A stretch of 64,000 nt of DNA from an uncultured Chloroflexia bacterium (GCA_963712745.1 CAVQJC010000004.1:128001-192000), one strand, 5' to 3'. Shown: positions 53,473 through 64,000, numbered from the stretch's first letter. Made by a program: numbers and translations. Notes: generated by a model not told the origin, from the sequence alone.

Positions 53473-54765
53473 TCAGGCTGCTGCAGCCGCCAGTCGTCGA
53501 CGCAGGCGCGGCACGCGCCGGGCGAGGTCGCGTTCGACATGTCGATCCCGCTGCCCGTAGAGACGACTGCGCTCAGCCAGGGCTCGCGCCCGCTCGGTCG
53601 CCTGCAAGGCGGCGCGGAAGTCACGCGCGTCGTGCTCTCGGTGCTTGGCCACATGCAGCCAGGCCCAGGCCGCGTGCCTGCCACCCTCGAGGGCGATGGC
53701 GTGCCAGGCGCCCTCCGCCTCGCGTCGCTGCCCCATGCGCGTCAGGGTGCGCGCGCGATCCATGGCGATGGACTCGTAGCGCTGTGTCTCCCATGGTTCC
53801 AGCAGCCGCTCCAGCGCCGAGTCGAAGCAGGCCAGCGCCTCCTCGTGTCGGCGTTTGCGGAGATAGGCCCGACCGAGTCCGCCGAGATCGCCCGGATGCA
53901 CCGCTCCGGACGGGCGGCCCGCTCGCGCCACGGGTGCCAGGTCCAGGGCCAGCACTCGCAGCAGCAGTGCCATCGAGACCACATCCTGGCGGTTGTGCTC
54001 GAGCACCTCGCGGAGCAGGCCACCGTGTCCCGAGCGGAGGTAGTCGAGGTAGCGACTCGGCACCAGACCTCCGGGCAGATCGTGCTCTCGCCGGACGCCG
54101 CAGACCGCGCTCTCGACCGAGGCCAGGCGGGCGTCAGGCAGGCGATGCTTCCAGAGTGCGCGTGCCAGCGGCAGCAGGTCCAGGTGCTCTCCGAAGGCCG
54201 GTGGCCGACGGCCGTGGAGCCGGTAGCGCGTGACCAGCAGAGGCCAGTCGAAGGCGCGACCGTTGTACGACACCAGGCAGGCATCCTCGGGAATGAGCGC
54301 CTCGAGGGCGTCGAGGTAGCCGGCCTCGTCGGACTGTTCGGGCAGGAGCAGCTGGCGAGTGACGAACTCGTCGCCCGACCACGTGCCCACTCCGACCAGG
54401 AAGGGCACCGTGCCCGTCCCGCTGCCCAGACCCGTCGTCTCGGTGTCGAAGAGCACGAACGGGCGTGCCGGGTCGACAGGCACCGGCAGCCAGGCCAGCC
54501 CGTCGAGGTCGCGCGCGATGGGCTGGCGTGACTCGACCACCACGATGGGCCGGTCCGAGGTCTCCTCGACACGTCCGCCGACATCGGCCGCCAGAGCCCG
54601 GGCGCGGTCCGGCCGCGGTGCGGGGATATCCGCCCGTCGCATCTCCGTGGCTTCGCGCACCCGGGCGTCACGAAGGCGTTCGAGGCGCGTGCGGCGGAGT
54701 CGTCCGACACCCAGGGGATCCATGGCCGTCATCCTTTCGACGGGCCCTGCCAGCTCGCTCGTCAC
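53473..54765 (-). CDS. YprB/MrfB-like RNase H-fold exonuclease with TPR-like C-terminus
   Basis: FDTETTGL, SYNG.AFD.P, HLDLL, HN.QD; coupled to DUF1998 helicase. Confidence 0.85.
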   Translation of the reverse strand: MTSELAGPVERMTAMDPLGVGRLRRTRLERLRDARVREATEMRRADIPAPRPDRARALAADVGGRVEETSDRPIVVVESRQPIARDLDGLAWLPVPVDPARPFVLFDTETTGLGSGTGTVPFLVGVGTWSGDEFVTRQLLLPEQSDEAGYLDALEALIPEDACLVSYNGRAFDWPLLVTRYRLHGRRPPAFGEHLDLLPLARALWKHRLPDARLASVESAVCGVRREHDLPGGLVPSRYLDYLRSGHGGLLREVLEHNRQDVVSMALLLRVLALDLAPVARAGRPSGAVHPGDLGGLGRAYLRKRRHEEALACFDSALERLLEPWETQRYESIAMDRARTLTRMGQRREAEGAWHAIALEGGRHAAWAWLHVAKHREHDARDFRAALQATERARALAERSRLYGQRDRHVERDLARRVPRLRRRLAAAAA

Positions 54766-57086
54766 GCCGCGGCCTCGGCCACGATGCCCGTCGCGACCGC
54801 TTCGACCCCGGTGAGGAGCCGCAGCAGGCGGGTGCTGAGAGCGCGACCATCGAGACGACTCTCGCCGCGGGGGCCCACACAGGCTGGGCAGCCGATCTCA
54901 CAGTCACACCCGGTGACGAGGTCAAGCGCGCCCTCGAGAAGTTCCTCGGTGCGATCGAACAGGCGTGGCGACATGCCCACGCCGCCCGGTGCTGCTTCCC
55001 ACAGGTAGATGACCGGCCGCTCGGCGTGAGGCGACTGTACTTGCGCGACCATGCCCAGATCGCGCGGGTCCGCCATCAGGAGCACGCTGGCCACGGTCTG
55101 CAAGGCGCGACCGGCGCCGACCAGCGCAGCATCGAGCTCGTCCCGCTTCCAGCCGGCAGCAGCGGTGGGGTCAAGGGCCACCCACCAGGCGGTGGTATGC
55201 AGCTCCATCTCCGGCAGATGGATATGGCCCCAGCCGACGTTCTCGTGCGTGTCGAGCTTGAGCTTCTTGAAGATGGTGGCGATGGAGCTGATCATGACCT
55301 CGCCGTGCTGGCGGCTGCCCGCTGTCCGTGGCGCCTCGTCGAAGACCTCCAGCGGCTTCAGCGTCACCGCCAGCTCTGCCTGCGTGTAGTAGTCGCTGTC
55401 GACAGGGCGCACGAGGGCCTTGCGCTCCTCCCAGTCGAGCTCGTCCACGTGATACTGCTGCGAATCGTGCAGGTAGATGGCCTTCTCGTGGACCAGCACA
55501 CGGGCCGCGAAGAGGTCCACCTCGCCCAGCACCCGTGGCCGCTCGGGACCGGTGTCGATGATGAGTACGTTCTCCGGCGCGCCCAGGCGCAGGTTGATCT
55601 CCGAGGCCGGGAAGTTCTCGCTGGCCCAGTACCAGCGCCCGTCGGCTGCCTGGCGGACATGGGCCTCCTCCGCGAGGAAGGCCAGCATGTCGTCGGCCGG
55701 GGCGGAACCGAAGACCTCGCCCGGCGCGAAGGGCAGCTCGAATGCGGCCGCGCGCAGGTGGGCCAGCAGCACGTGCAGGTTCTCCGGGTCCAGGCGGGCT
55801 TCCTCCGGGGTCGCCTCGAAGAGGTACTGGGGGTGCGTGGCCACGTAGCGGTCGAGCGCGCCTGCGCCGGCCACGAGGATGGACACGCTCGTCTCCGCAC
55901 GTCGACCCGAGCGACCCATCTGCTGCCAGGTGGCAGCGATGGTGCCGGGGTAGCCCGCGAGGATGGAGGCATCGAGCGCCCCGATGTCGATGCCCAGCTC
56001 GAGAGCGCTCGTCGAGACCACGCCCAGGACCTCGCCGCTGCGCAGACCCGACTCGATGGCACGCCGTTCGCTGGGCAGGTATCCCGAGCGGTATCCCCGG
56101 ATGCGATCGATCGGCCCGCGGCCTTCACGCATGGCCTCGCGCAGCGAGCTCAGCAGCAGCTCCACGGCCACGCGCGCCCGCCCGAAGACGATCGTCTGCC
56201 GGCCCGCCCGCAGGAAGCAGAGCGCCGCGCGGTAGGACAGGCCGTGCGGCCCGGGGCGTACGCCGGTGCGCCGGTCGAGGGGAGGCGGGTCCAGCACGAC
56301 CACGTGCCGTTCGCCCTGCGGTGCACCACTCCTGTCGATGACCCGGAATGGCCGGCCGGTGAGCGTCTCCGCCAGCTCCCCTGGATTGCCCACCGTGGCC
56401 GATGAGCAGACGATGCGTGGATGGCTGCCGTAGTGAGCGCAGATGCGCAACAGCCGGCGCAGCACGTTGGCCACGTGACTGCCGAAGATGCCGCGGTAGG
56501 TATGGGCCTCGTCGATGACGATGTAGCGCAGCTGCTCGAAGAGCTGGAACCACTTGGTGTGATGTGGCAGTACCGCGGTGCTGAGCATGTCCGGGTTGGT
56601 GACGACGACCTGGCCGGCCTCGCGGACCACGGCCCGGATGGGCGCCGGCGTGTCCCCGTCGTAGACCGCGGCCGAGAGGTCCAGTTCCGCCAGCTCGGAG
56701 AGGTCACGGAACTCGGCCAGCTGGTCCTGGCTCAGCGCTTTGGTGGGAAACAGGTAGAGCGCGCGGGCGGCGGGATCGGCGCAGATCTCCTGCAGCACCG
56801 GCAGGTTGTAGCAGAGCGACTTGCCCGAGGCAGTGGGCGTGACGATGACCACGTCTTGCCCGGCGTGGAGCGCGTCGAGCGCCTCGCGTTGGTGGCTGTA
56901 GAGCGCGCTGATGCCCCGGCGCTCCACCGCCCGGACCAGCCGCGGGTCGAGCCATCGGGGCAGGGGAGCGTACGTCGCTTCCTGCGCCGGCAGCACGGTC
57001 CGAGCCGCGACGGCCTCCGCCACCCCCGGCTCGGCGAGGAAACGTTCGAGCGCATCGAGCGCCGACATCGGTTGATGGAGTCTCAT
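54762..57086 (-). CDS. DEAH-box helicase with DUF1998 (MrfA/YprA/Hrq1 family); start uncertain
   Basis: TPTASGKS, PTKAL.QDQ, DEAH.YRG.FG, SAT, ALELGIDIG, GRSGR, C.C..GCP.C. Confidence 0.93.
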   Translation of the reverse strand: MRLHQPMSALDALERFLAEPGVAEAVAARTVLPAQEATYAPLPRWLDPRLVRAVERRGISALYSHQREALDALHAGQDVVIVTPTASGKSLCYNLPVLQEICADPAARALYLFPTKALSQDQLAEFRDLSELAELDLSAAVYDGDTPAPIRAVVREAGQVVVTNPDMLSTAVLPHHTKWFQLFEQLRYIVIDEAHTYRGIFGSHVANVLRRLLRICAHYGSHPRIVCSSATVGNPGELAETLTGRPFRVIDRSGAPQGERHVVVLDPPPLDRRTGVRPGPHGLSYRAALCFLRAGRQTIVFGRARVAVELLLSSLREAMREGRGPIDRIRGYRSGYLPSERRAIESGLRSGEVLGVVSTSALELGIDIGALDASILAGYPGTIAATWQQMGRSGRRAETSVSILVAGAGALDRYVATHPQYLFEATPEEARLDPENLHVLLAHLRAAAFELPFAPGEVFGSAPADDMLAFLAEEAHVRQAADGRWYWASENFPASEINLRLGAPENVLIIDTGPERPRVLGEVDLFAARVLVHEKAIYLHDSQQYHVDELDWEERKALVRPVDSDYYTQAELAVTLKPLEVFDEAPRTAGSRQHGEVMISSIATIFKKLKLDTHENVGWGHIHLPEMELHTTAWWVALDPTAAAGWKRDELDAALVGAGRALQTVASVLLMADPRDLGMVAQVQSPHAERPVIYLWEAAPGGVGMSPRLFDRTEELLEGALDLVTGCDCEIGCPACVGPRGESRLDGRALSTRLLRLLTGVEAVATGIVAEAAA

Positions 57087-57106
57087 CGCGACGACCTCGA
57101 GTAAAA

Positions 57107-57120
57107 CGACCATCCGTTCG
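57107..57120. promoter_or_regulatory. Candidate LexA (SOS) box
   Basis: CGACC-ATCC-GTTCG, one mismatch to CGAAC-N4-GTTCG, just upstream of the repair helicase. Confidence 0.5.
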
Positions 57121-57193
57121 GTTTGCGCAGTGAGTCTATCAGGCCCCGTCCACGTTTGACACCTCATCGGTCCGCTCTCTAGGCTCGTCCCAG

Positions 57194-57586
57194 ATGTCGT
57201 CTCTACGTCAGACCTCGCTCCAGGGCCGACGGGCCCTCGGCCTGTTCGTGGGGCTCGCGCTGGTGGTCTTGCTGCTCGCCGTATTCACCGGGGCACTTAC
57301 GCGCTCGACGGACATCGAGTCCCGGGCCGAGCAGGCCAGGGCCGAGATCCGCCTGCTGCAGGACCGGGTGGCCGCTGGCGATGCGGAAGTGGCATTCATC
57401 CAGAGCGACGACTTCGTCCAGCAGCAGGCACGTGCCGTCGGTTTCGGCGAGAAGGGCGAGAAGGTCTTCGCACTGCCTCCGAACGCACCCGTGCCTGACC
57501 CCATCGTGCCCATCGGCCCGGTCGACGCCGAGGGTCCCGCCAAGGCCCCATTCGACGCCTGGATGGAGCTGCTCTTCGGCGCCTAG
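57194..57586 (+). CDS. Septum formation initiator (FtsB/DivIC-like) family protein
   Basis: Single TM, coiled coil, FVQQQAR..G...GE..F. Confidence 0.75.
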   Translation: MSSLRQTSLQGRRALGLFVGLALVVLLLAVFTGALTRSTDIESRAEQARAEIRLLQDRVAAGDAEVAFIQSDDFVQQQARAVGFGEKGEKVFALPPNAPVPDPIVPIGPVDAEGPAKAPFDAWMELLFGA

Positions 57587-57592
57587 CCCGTG

Positions 57593-58585
57593 CTAGCGGT
57601 CCCTGTCCTCGTCGACCAGGTCCGGCGCGGCCGCGTCGCGACGGGCACGCAGGTCGAAGTAGAGCACCGCGGTGAGCACCGGCGCGAGCGGCGCCAACAG
57701 GAGTGTGCCCAGCGCCAGGGCCACGCTCTCCGCCACCAGTTCGTCGAGTCCCAGCGTCGGCGCAAGCACGCCGACCAGCAGTAGTGCCAAGAGCTGCGAT
57801 AGCACGGCCGCCCCGACCGCCGTGATCAAAGCCGCCAAGACGGCGATGACGAAGATGCGCCAGACGTTGTCCCCGCTGAGGTACCAGCTGCGCGACATCG
57901 CCCCGCGCCAGCCGAGGTCCTCGTTGACCATGGCCGGGAAGGCCGGCGCCCAACGCATCGTGAGGTAGGCGACTCCGACCACCAGGGCGACCCCGATGAC
58001 CAGGGCGATGAAGACCCCGGGTCCACCAGAGCCGATGGAAGCGGTGGGCAGGATGGTCGTGGCCAGCGACATGCCCAGGAGCCCGAGGACGGCCACGCCC
58101 ACGATGAGCAACGAGGTGAGCAGGATGAACACGAGCGCGCTGGGCACGCGCCGCAGGCTCGTACGCAGGACCGGTCCCAGCTCGGCTGGGCGAGCGTGGT
58201 AGTCGTCGGCCACCACCAGGCTGAAGGCGAGAGCACCGAGACTGGCCAAGACTCCGGCTACGAGCGAGGCCAGGACGTAGGGCGCGAGCGCATCGAGGAG
58301 CCGATCCAGCTCAGGGCCGCCGATGGTCAGCTCAGGGTCGATGACCCCGTCGCTGATGCCGGGGAAGATGTCCAGCGCGACCTCGTTGAAGCGGATGCCC
58401 GTGGCCGCTGTGAGCAGGGCGCCGGGACCCGCGAAGAGCAGCGCCAGCACCAGCATCACCGACCAGTGCCGGCGGAGGATGCGCACACCCACGTCGAGGA
58501 TCATGCCCAGGCGCATCGGCTGTGGACGTGCCCCGGACGGGGCTGGGGGTGGGGTGCTCGGTTCCCAGTCGGGACCGCCTGACAT
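57593..58585 (-). CDS. Multi-pass membrane protein (GDPD membrane-domain-like)
   Basis: PMRLG.ILD....LR, A..RSW.L.....WR, LYFDLR.R. Confidence 0.75.
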   Translation of the reverse strand: MSGGPDWEPSTPPPAPSGARPQPMRLGMILDVGVRILRRHWSVMLVLALLFAGPGALLTAATGIRFNEVALDIFPGISDGVIDPELTIGGPELDRLLDALAPYVLASLVAGVLASLGALAFSLVVADDYHARPAELGPVLRTSLRRVPSALVFILLTSLLIVGVAVLGLLGMSLATTILPTASIGSGGPGVFIALVIGVALVVGVAYLTMRWAPAFPAMVNEDLGWRGAMSRSWYLSGDNVWRIFVIAVLAALITAVGAAVLSQLLALLLVGVLAPTLGLDELVAESVALALGTLLLAPLAPVLTAVLYFDLRARRDAAAPDLVDEDRDR

Positions 58586-58605
58586 GGACACGAGCGTCGT
58601 CCGTG

Positions 58606-58797
58606 CTAGTCGGACGTATTCGAGCGTCGGCCCAGGCGGCCCAGCACCTGGTAGCCCACGGCCAGCCCTACGGCCAGGACCGCGATACCCAGGGTGACGA
58701 CCTGATCGTAGGTCGCCCGGAAGCGGATGCGCATCATGGTGCCGTCGGCGGCCAGGGCATCGCTGACCAGGGCGAGGATCGTACGAATGGCGCTCAT
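58606..58797 (-). CDS. Possible small membrane protein (63 aa)
   Basis: One hydrophobic segment; no clear RBS. Confidence 0.35.
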   Translation of the reverse strand: MSAIRTILALVSDALAADGTMMRIRFRATYDQVVTLGIAVLAVGLAVGYQVLGRLGRRSNTSD

Positions 58798-58900
58798 CAA
58801 CCCCGAGTGTGCCACGGCCGGGGCTTGCTCGTGGCCGCCCGCCGCTGGAAGCACCGGCGGACGCGCGCCAGGCCACACCGGGAAGGTGGGAATTCGGAAG

Positions 58901-58975
58901 TGGTGGCTGGGGGCAGATTCGAACTGCCGACCTAACGATTATGAGCCGTTTGCTCTGCCGCTGAGCTACCCAGCC
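58901..58975 (-). tRNA. tRNA with CAU anticodon (elongator Met, possibly Ile2); encoded CCA
   Basis: GGCTGGG-TAGCTCAG...CTCATAA loop...GTTCGAATC...CCCAGCC-ACCA; G1-C72 paired so not initiator. Confidence 0.93.
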
Positions 58976-59157
58976 ACAGGGTTCGCGCAGGTCATGGTAG
59001 CCCAAAGCGGAGATCCGCAGCGACCTCCGCGGGCCGCGCGCGGTGCCTGGTGGCCCCGCATGTCACCGTCTCGAGATAAGCCTTTCCGCGCTCCCGCCTA
59101 TAATCACGACTCCGGCCCGCTCATCAGGGCGCCTCACTCTCGAAGGCAGGTCTTTCC

Positions 59158-61152
59158 TTGAATAGTCGCTTCATGCGCAATGGGCTTCTGACCCTCGTAC
59201 TCGTCGTCGGTACGGCCGCGCTGCTCTACCTCTTCCTCTTCAATGACCAGGAACCGGAGACCATCCCGTACAGCGGCTCCGCGACCTCCTTCCTCGACCG
59301 CGTGGCCGCGGGCGAGGTCGAGTCGGTCCTGACTCGCGGGGAAGCCCTGGAAGTGACGCTGAAAGCCAAGGACGACGACGGCCAGAGCATGGTCCTCGAG
59401 TCGTGGATCCCGGCCCAGTTCACCACGACCGTGCAGGAGGACATCCGCGCCACGTGCGACGCCAGCAGCGAGTGTGACCGCGTGGAGTTCAACGGTCAGC
59501 AGGCCGATGACGGCAACGCCTTCTTCGGGCTCCTGCTGTCGATGCTCTTCCCCATCCTCCTCATCGGCGTGTTCCTGTGGTTCATGTTCCGCCAGGCCCA
59601 AGGCAGCAACAACCAGGCCATGAGCTTCGGACGCAGCCGCGCCCGCATGTTCGTGGGCAACAAGACGGTCGTCACCTTCAGCGATGTGGCCGGCGTGGAC
59701 GAGGCCAAGACGGAGCTGCAGGAGGTCGTCGAATTCCTCAAGTACCCCGAGAAGTTCAACTCGCTTGGCGCGCGTATCCCCCGCGGCGTGCTGCTGGTGG
59801 GCCCGCCAGGCACGGGCAAGACGCTGCTCGCGCGGGCCGTCGCCGGTGAGGCCGGCGTGCCCTTCTTCAGCATCTCCGGCTCCGAGTTCGTGGAGATGTT
59901 CGTGGGCGTGGGTGCCAGCCGCGTGCGCGACCTCTTCGACCAGGCCAAGCGCAACAGCCCCTGCATCGTCTTCGTCGACGAGATCGACGCGGTCGGCCGC
60001 CAGCGCGGTGCCGGCCTGGGTGGGTCACACGATGAGCGAGAGCAGACGCTGAACCAGATCCTCGTGGAGATGGACGGCTTCGACACCAACACCAACGTCA
60101 TCGTGGTGGCGGCGACCAACCGTCCCGACGTGCTCGACCCGGCACTGCTGCGCCCCGGCCGTTTCGACCGCCAGGTCATCCTCGACCGACCGGACATGAA
60201 GGGCCGCCTGGAGATCCTCAACGTCCACGTCAAGGGCAAGCCGCTCGACAAGGACATCGACCTGCCCAGCGTGGCCAAGCAGTCGCCTGGCTTCTCCGGG
60301 GCCGACCTCGCCAACCTCGTGAACGAGGCGGCCATCCTGGCTGCTCGGCGCAACCGCAAGACCATCAGCACGCCCGAGTTCAACGAAGCGCTGGAGCGCG
60401 TGGTGGCCGGTCCCGAGCGCAAGAGCCGCATCATCAGCGACGAGGAGAAGGCCATCATCGCCTACCACGAGGGTGGTCACGCCATGGTCCAGCGCGTGCT
60501 GCCCAAGTGCGACCCCGTGGTCAAGGTCAGCATCATCAGCCGCGGTATGGCTCTGGGCTACACCATGGGCCTGCCCATGGAGGATCGCTACCTGCAGTCG
60601 AAGACCGAGTTCGAGGACAAGATCGCGGGCATGCTCGGCGGTACCGTCTCCGAGCGCCTGATGTTCGGCGACATCACCACCGGCGCCGCCAACGACATCG
60701 AGAAGGCCACCGACCTGGCTCGGCGCATGGTCACCGAGTTCGGCATGAGCGAGAAGCTCGGTCCGATGTCGTGGGGCAAGCACGAGGAGATGGTCTTTCT
60801 CGGTCGTTCGATGGGGGAGCAGCGCAACTACTCCGACGACGTGGCCAAGATGATCGACGACGAGGTCCGGGCCATCATGGACCGGGCCTACGAGCGCGCC
60901 ACCGAGGTGCTCACCAGGTACCAGGATCGTCTCACCGAGCTGGCCGAAGCGCTGGTGGCGAAGGAGACCATCGAAGCAGCCGAGTTCGAGGCCATGTTCG
61001 CCGACATCCCCGATCCGCGGAAGGAGCCGGGCGGCTCGCCGACGCCCAAGCTGGCCACGCCGCTGGTGGGTCTCTCCGGGCCCAAGGACCAGCCTGACAA
61101 GGAGCCGCCCGCGGCCCCCGAGTCGCCCACGCCGACACCGCAGCCGGCCTAG
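59158..61152 (+). CDS. ftsH: ATP-dependent zinc metalloprotease FtsH
   Basis: Two TMs, [15 protein letters not shown] (RPGRFDR), HEGGH; TATAAT at 59099-59104. Confidence 0.97.
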   Translation: MNSRFMRNGLLTLVLVVGTAALLYLFLFNDQEPETIPYSGSATSFLDRVAAGEVESVLTRGEALEVTLKAKDDDGQSMVLESWIPAQFTTTVQEDIRATCDASSECDRVEFNGQQADDGNAFFGLLLSMLFPILLIGVFLWFMFRQAQGSNNQAMSFGRSRARMFVGNKTVVTFSDVAGVDEAKTELQEVVEFLKYPEKFNSLGARIPRGVLLVGPPGTGKTLLARAVAGEAGVPFFSISGSEFVEMFVGVGASRVRDLFDQAKRNSPCIVFVDEIDAVGRQRGAGLGGSHDEREQTLNQILVEMDGFDTNTNVIVVAATNRPDVLDPALLRPGRFDRQVILDRPDMKGRLEILNVHVKGKPLDKDIDLPSVAKQSPGFSGADLANLVNEAAILAARRNRKTISTPEFNEALERVVAGPERKSRIISDEEKAIIAYHEGGHAMVQRVLPKCDPVVKVSIISRGMALGYTMGLPMEDRYLQSKTEFEDKIAGMLGGTVSERLMFGDITTGAANDIEKATDLARRMVTEFGMSEKLGPMSWGKHEEMVFLGRSMGEQRNYSDDVAKMIDDEVRAIMDRAYERATEVLTRYQDRLTELAEALVAKETIEAAEFEAMFADIPDPRKEPGGSPTPKLATPLVGLSGPKDQPDKEPPAAPESPTPTPQPA

Positions 61153-61204
61153 GACCGGGCGCAGTCCCGGCACGACCGCACCGTAGAGCCGGGGGAGGGG
61201 TCCC

Positions 61205-62584
61205 GTGAGCAAGCCCATCGAGGCCGTCGAGGCCTACCTGGCGACGACGACCGAGGAGCGTCTGGAGGAGTTCAAGGAGTTCGTGCGTATCCCCACCATC
61301 GGGGTGATGTCCGAGCACGAGCCCGACGTCCTGGCCGGCGCCGAGTGGCTCGCCGCGCGCATGCGCGATATCGGACTCGAGCACGTGGAGGTCTCGCCTA
61401 CCGCGGGACATCCGGTGGTCTACGCCGACTGGCTGCATGCAGAAGGCGCACCGACCGTGGTCGTCTACGCCCATTACGACGTCCAGCCGGTCGATCCGCT
61501 CGACCTGTGGGTACGCCCGCCGTTCGAGCCGCGGGTCGAAGATGGCCGCATCTATGGCCGCGGTGTGGCAGATGACAAGGGCCAGGTCCATCTGCACCTG
61601 TGGGCGGCGAGGGCCTGGCTTCGGACCCAGGGACGCTTGCCCCTCAACGTCCGCTACGTCATCGAAGGCGAAGAGGAGGCCGGCTCGCCCCACTTCGAGG
61701 CCTGGCTCGCCGCCAACGCCGGCCGACTGTCGGGTGACCTCGTGGTCGTCTCCGATACCGGCTTCTACGAAGGCAACCACCCGGCGCTGACCGTGTCGCT
61801 GCGGGGGAACACCTACATCCAGCTCGACGTCTACGGTCCTTCGCAGGACCTTCATTCGGGTGGTTTCGGCGGCGTAGTCCAGAACCCGGCCAACGCTCTG
61901 GTACGGATCCTGGCCTCGCTCCGGGACGGCGAGGGTCGCATCACCGTGCCCGGCTTCTACGACGAGGCTCCGGTGCTGGATGACGCCGCACGAGCGGAAT
62001 TCGCACGACTGCCGTTCGACGAGGCCGCCTTTGCCGAGGGCATCGGCGTTTCGCAGCTCTTCGGCGAGCCCGGCTACAGCCCGCTCGAGCGGAAGGGCAT
62101 GCGCCCGACCCTCGACGTCTGCGGCATCTGGTCGGGTTTCACCGGGGAAGGCAGCAAGACCATCATCCCGGCGCATGCTCACGCCAAGTTCTCCTGCCGC
62201 CTGGCGCCCGGCATGGACCCGAAGGCGACCTACGAGCGGGTCCGCCAGGCTATCCTCGCGGTCGATGTCCCCGGCGTCGAGGTCGAGATCCGCCAACTGG
62301 ACGAGATGTGGCCGTTCGTGGTCAGCCCGGAGCACCCGGCCGCCCGTACCGCAGCAGCCTGCCTGCGTGAGGTCTTCGGGCAGGATCCGTACCTCATCTG
62401 CGAGGGGGGATCGATCGGTGCCGTGGCCAGCTTCGACAAGGTCCTGCGACGGCCGATCGTGATTCTCGGCTTCACCAATCCCGACGACAACGCCCATTCG
62501 CCGAACGAATCGCTGGTCCTGGCCAACTACGAAGGTGGAGCTCGGACCATCGCCCGCTACTGGGAAGCGCTCGCGGCAGACTAG
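61205..62584 (+). CDS. M20-family dipeptidase
   Basis: HYDVQP, RG.ADDKG, EGEEE.GS, DLHSG, GGSI, HSPNE. Confidence 0.92.
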   Translation: MSKPIEAVEAYLATTTEERLEEFKEFVRIPTIGVMSEHEPDVLAGAEWLAARMRDIGLEHVEVSPTAGHPVVYADWLHAEGAPTVVVYAHYDVQPVDPLDLWVRPPFEPRVEDGRIYGRGVADDKGQVHLHLWAARAWLRTQGRLPLNVRYVIEGEEEAGSPHFEAWLAANAGRLSGDLVVVSDTGFYEGNHPALTVSLRGNTYIQLDVYGPSQDLHSGGFGGVVQNPANALVRILASLRDGEGRITVPGFYDEAPVLDDAARAEFARLPFDEAAFAEGIGVSQLFGEPGYSPLERKGMRPTLDVCGIWSGFTGEGSKTIIPAHAHAKFSCRLAPGMDPKATYERVRQAILAVDVPGVEVEIRQLDEMWPFVVSPEHPAARTAAACLREVFGQDPYLICEGGSIGAVASFDKVLRRPIVILGFTNPDDNAHSPNESLVLANYEGGARTIARYWEALAAD

Positions 62585-62707
62585 TACCGCTGGGTCCCGT
62601 GCACTAGGAGGGTTGGGTCGCCCTTGACAGCACCACTACGTTGCTAGAGTCCGTTCCGTGGAAGCCTGTCGCATGGAGAACGTGAGGCCTCGGCCTCGCC
62701 TGCCGCT

Positions 62708-64000
62708 ATGACCGTTCCCGAAGCCCCCAACACCGGTACCGAGCAACCCAACGCCGAGGATGCCCCTGCCTGGGAGAGCCCGGGTGCAGTCGCGCCCGCC
62801 GCGCCCGAGGCAGCCCCGACTCCGCAGCCGCCCCCCCAGCCACCGCTGGCCCCGCTCGTGGCACCGGTCCCACCCCCCCCGCAACCGACGGCCCCGCGCG
62901 CCCCGGTCGGCCCAGTCCCCACCTCGCAGCAGATCGGGCTCGATCCCGGACTGATGCAGCAGACACTGGCGCCGCAGCAGCCCAGCGCCATCACGCCCAC
63001 CGACGAATCCATCGGCGGCAAGATGTGGAAGTACGACTCAGGTCTGGGCGACATCGAGCCGCGCAGCGCCACCCAGGTGCTGAGCACGCTGGCGGGCAAG
63101 GTGGCCGAGGGCGACGTCACCCAGTACCAGCCGGTCCCACTCGGCTTCACGCCCCTGGACAAGTCCATCGGCGGCGGCCTTCGCGCCGGAGAGATGCTGC
63201 TCATCGGCGGCGCACAGGGCACGGGCAAGACCACCATGGCCGTCCAGATGGCTCGCAACATCGTCATGAGCGGTCTGGCCAGCGTCCTCTACATCTGCTT
63301 CGAGCACGACGAGGAGTACCTGCTCAATCGCATCATCGCCCAGGAGTCGGTGCTGCCCAGCCTGCCCAGCCGCAGCGGCGGAGTGAAGCTCACCGACGTA
63401 CGCCAGGAGATCCTGGGCACATGGATGGCCACCGGCGGCCGGAACGCCGATCTTGGCGCCAACCCACGCCTGCGCCCGGCACTCGAGCGCGTCAATCGCT
63501 ATGGGCCCAACCTCTACCTGTTGCGCGGTTCGCAGACGACCAGCACGGTCGAGAATATGGCTGCGCTGGTGGAGAAGTACAAGGAGCTCGCCGGCAACCA
63601 GCGTCTCGTGGTCATGGTCGACTACCTGCAGAAGGTGCCGGTCCACCCCGAACCCCCGAACGAGGTCGAGAAGGTCACCTCGGTGGTTCAGGGCCTGAAG
63701 GACCTCGCCCTCAACTACGAGGTGCCGCTCATCTCCATCGTGGCGGCCGACAAGGAGGGCCTGAAGGCTGCCCGCCTGCGCAACCACCACCTTCGCGGTT
63801 CGTCAGCCATCAACTACGAGGCTGACATCATCGTCATCCTCAACGAGAAGTACCAGATCGTGGCCAAGGTCAACATCGAGTTCAACCCATACCAGGCGCA
63901 GCGCTTCCGCGACTGGGTCGTGCTCACCGTCGAGAAGAACCGTGGTGGCACGACCGCGGTCGATCTCGAATACCAGAAGTACTTCGAGTACTCCTGCTTC
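62708..64000 (+). CDS. DnaB-like (SF4) helicase C-terminal-domain ATPase with Pro/Gln-rich N-terminus, 3'-partial
   Basis: Open frame from ATG 62708 to window end (absent from ORF track, no stop); GAQGTGKT, VMVDYLQ, LRGSSAINYEAD, EKNRGG. Confidence 0.85.
   Translation, partial: MTVPEAPNTGTEQPNAEDAPAWESPGAVAPAAPEAAPTPQPPPQPPLAPLVAPVPPPPQPTAPRAPVGPVPTSQQIGLDPGLMQQTLAPQQPSAITPTDESIGGKMWKYDSGLGDIEPRSATQVLSTLAGKVAEGDVTQYQPVPLGFTPLDKSIGGGLRAGEMLLIGGAQGTGKTTMAVQMARNIVMSGLASVLYICFEHDEEYLLNRIIAQESVLPSLPSRSGGVKLTDVRQEILGTWMATGGRNADLGANPRLRPALERVNRYGPNLYLLRGSQTTSTVENMAALVEKYKELAGNQRLVVMVDYLQKVPVHPEPPNEVEKVTSVVQGLKDLALNYEVPLISIVAADKEGLKAARLRNHHLRGSSAINYEADIIVILNEKYQIVAKVNIEFNPYQAQRFRDWVVLTVEKNRGGTTAVDLEYQKYFEYSCF

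Overview
High-GC bacterial chromosomal window with about 55 genes and one tRNA; no phage, IS element or CRISPR array was seen. Gene repertoire and style suggest Chloroflexota, possibly Limnocylindria (inference, not verified). In order, it holds the 3' part of valS, small zinc-ribbon/HTH genes, a YihY-family gene and a double-zinc-finger protein with a near-perfect 75-bp tandem array. A MoxR-DUF58-transglutaminase triad follows, then a serine biosynthesis operon whose aminotransferase has a +1 frameshift. Next come rarA, a UvrD/PD-(D/E)XK helicase-nuclease, a class II UvrA, an agmatinase-family gene, a CpaE-like protein, murI and ychF. A ~16-kb inositol/cyclitol catabolic locus is followed by an OpuC-type ABC transporter, mrfAB-like repair genes, tRNA(CAU), ftsH, an M20 peptidase and an atypical DnaB-like ATPase running off the end. 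The strongest candidate for an undescribed system is the inositol locus. It contains a corrinoid protein plus a UROD/MtaA-like protein (possible B12-dependent O-demethylation of methyl-inositols). It also has a divergent transaldolase between iolB and iolD, with no recognisable iolC/iolJ (possible kinase-independent lower pathway). All family assignments come from motif recognition by eye; no searches were run.
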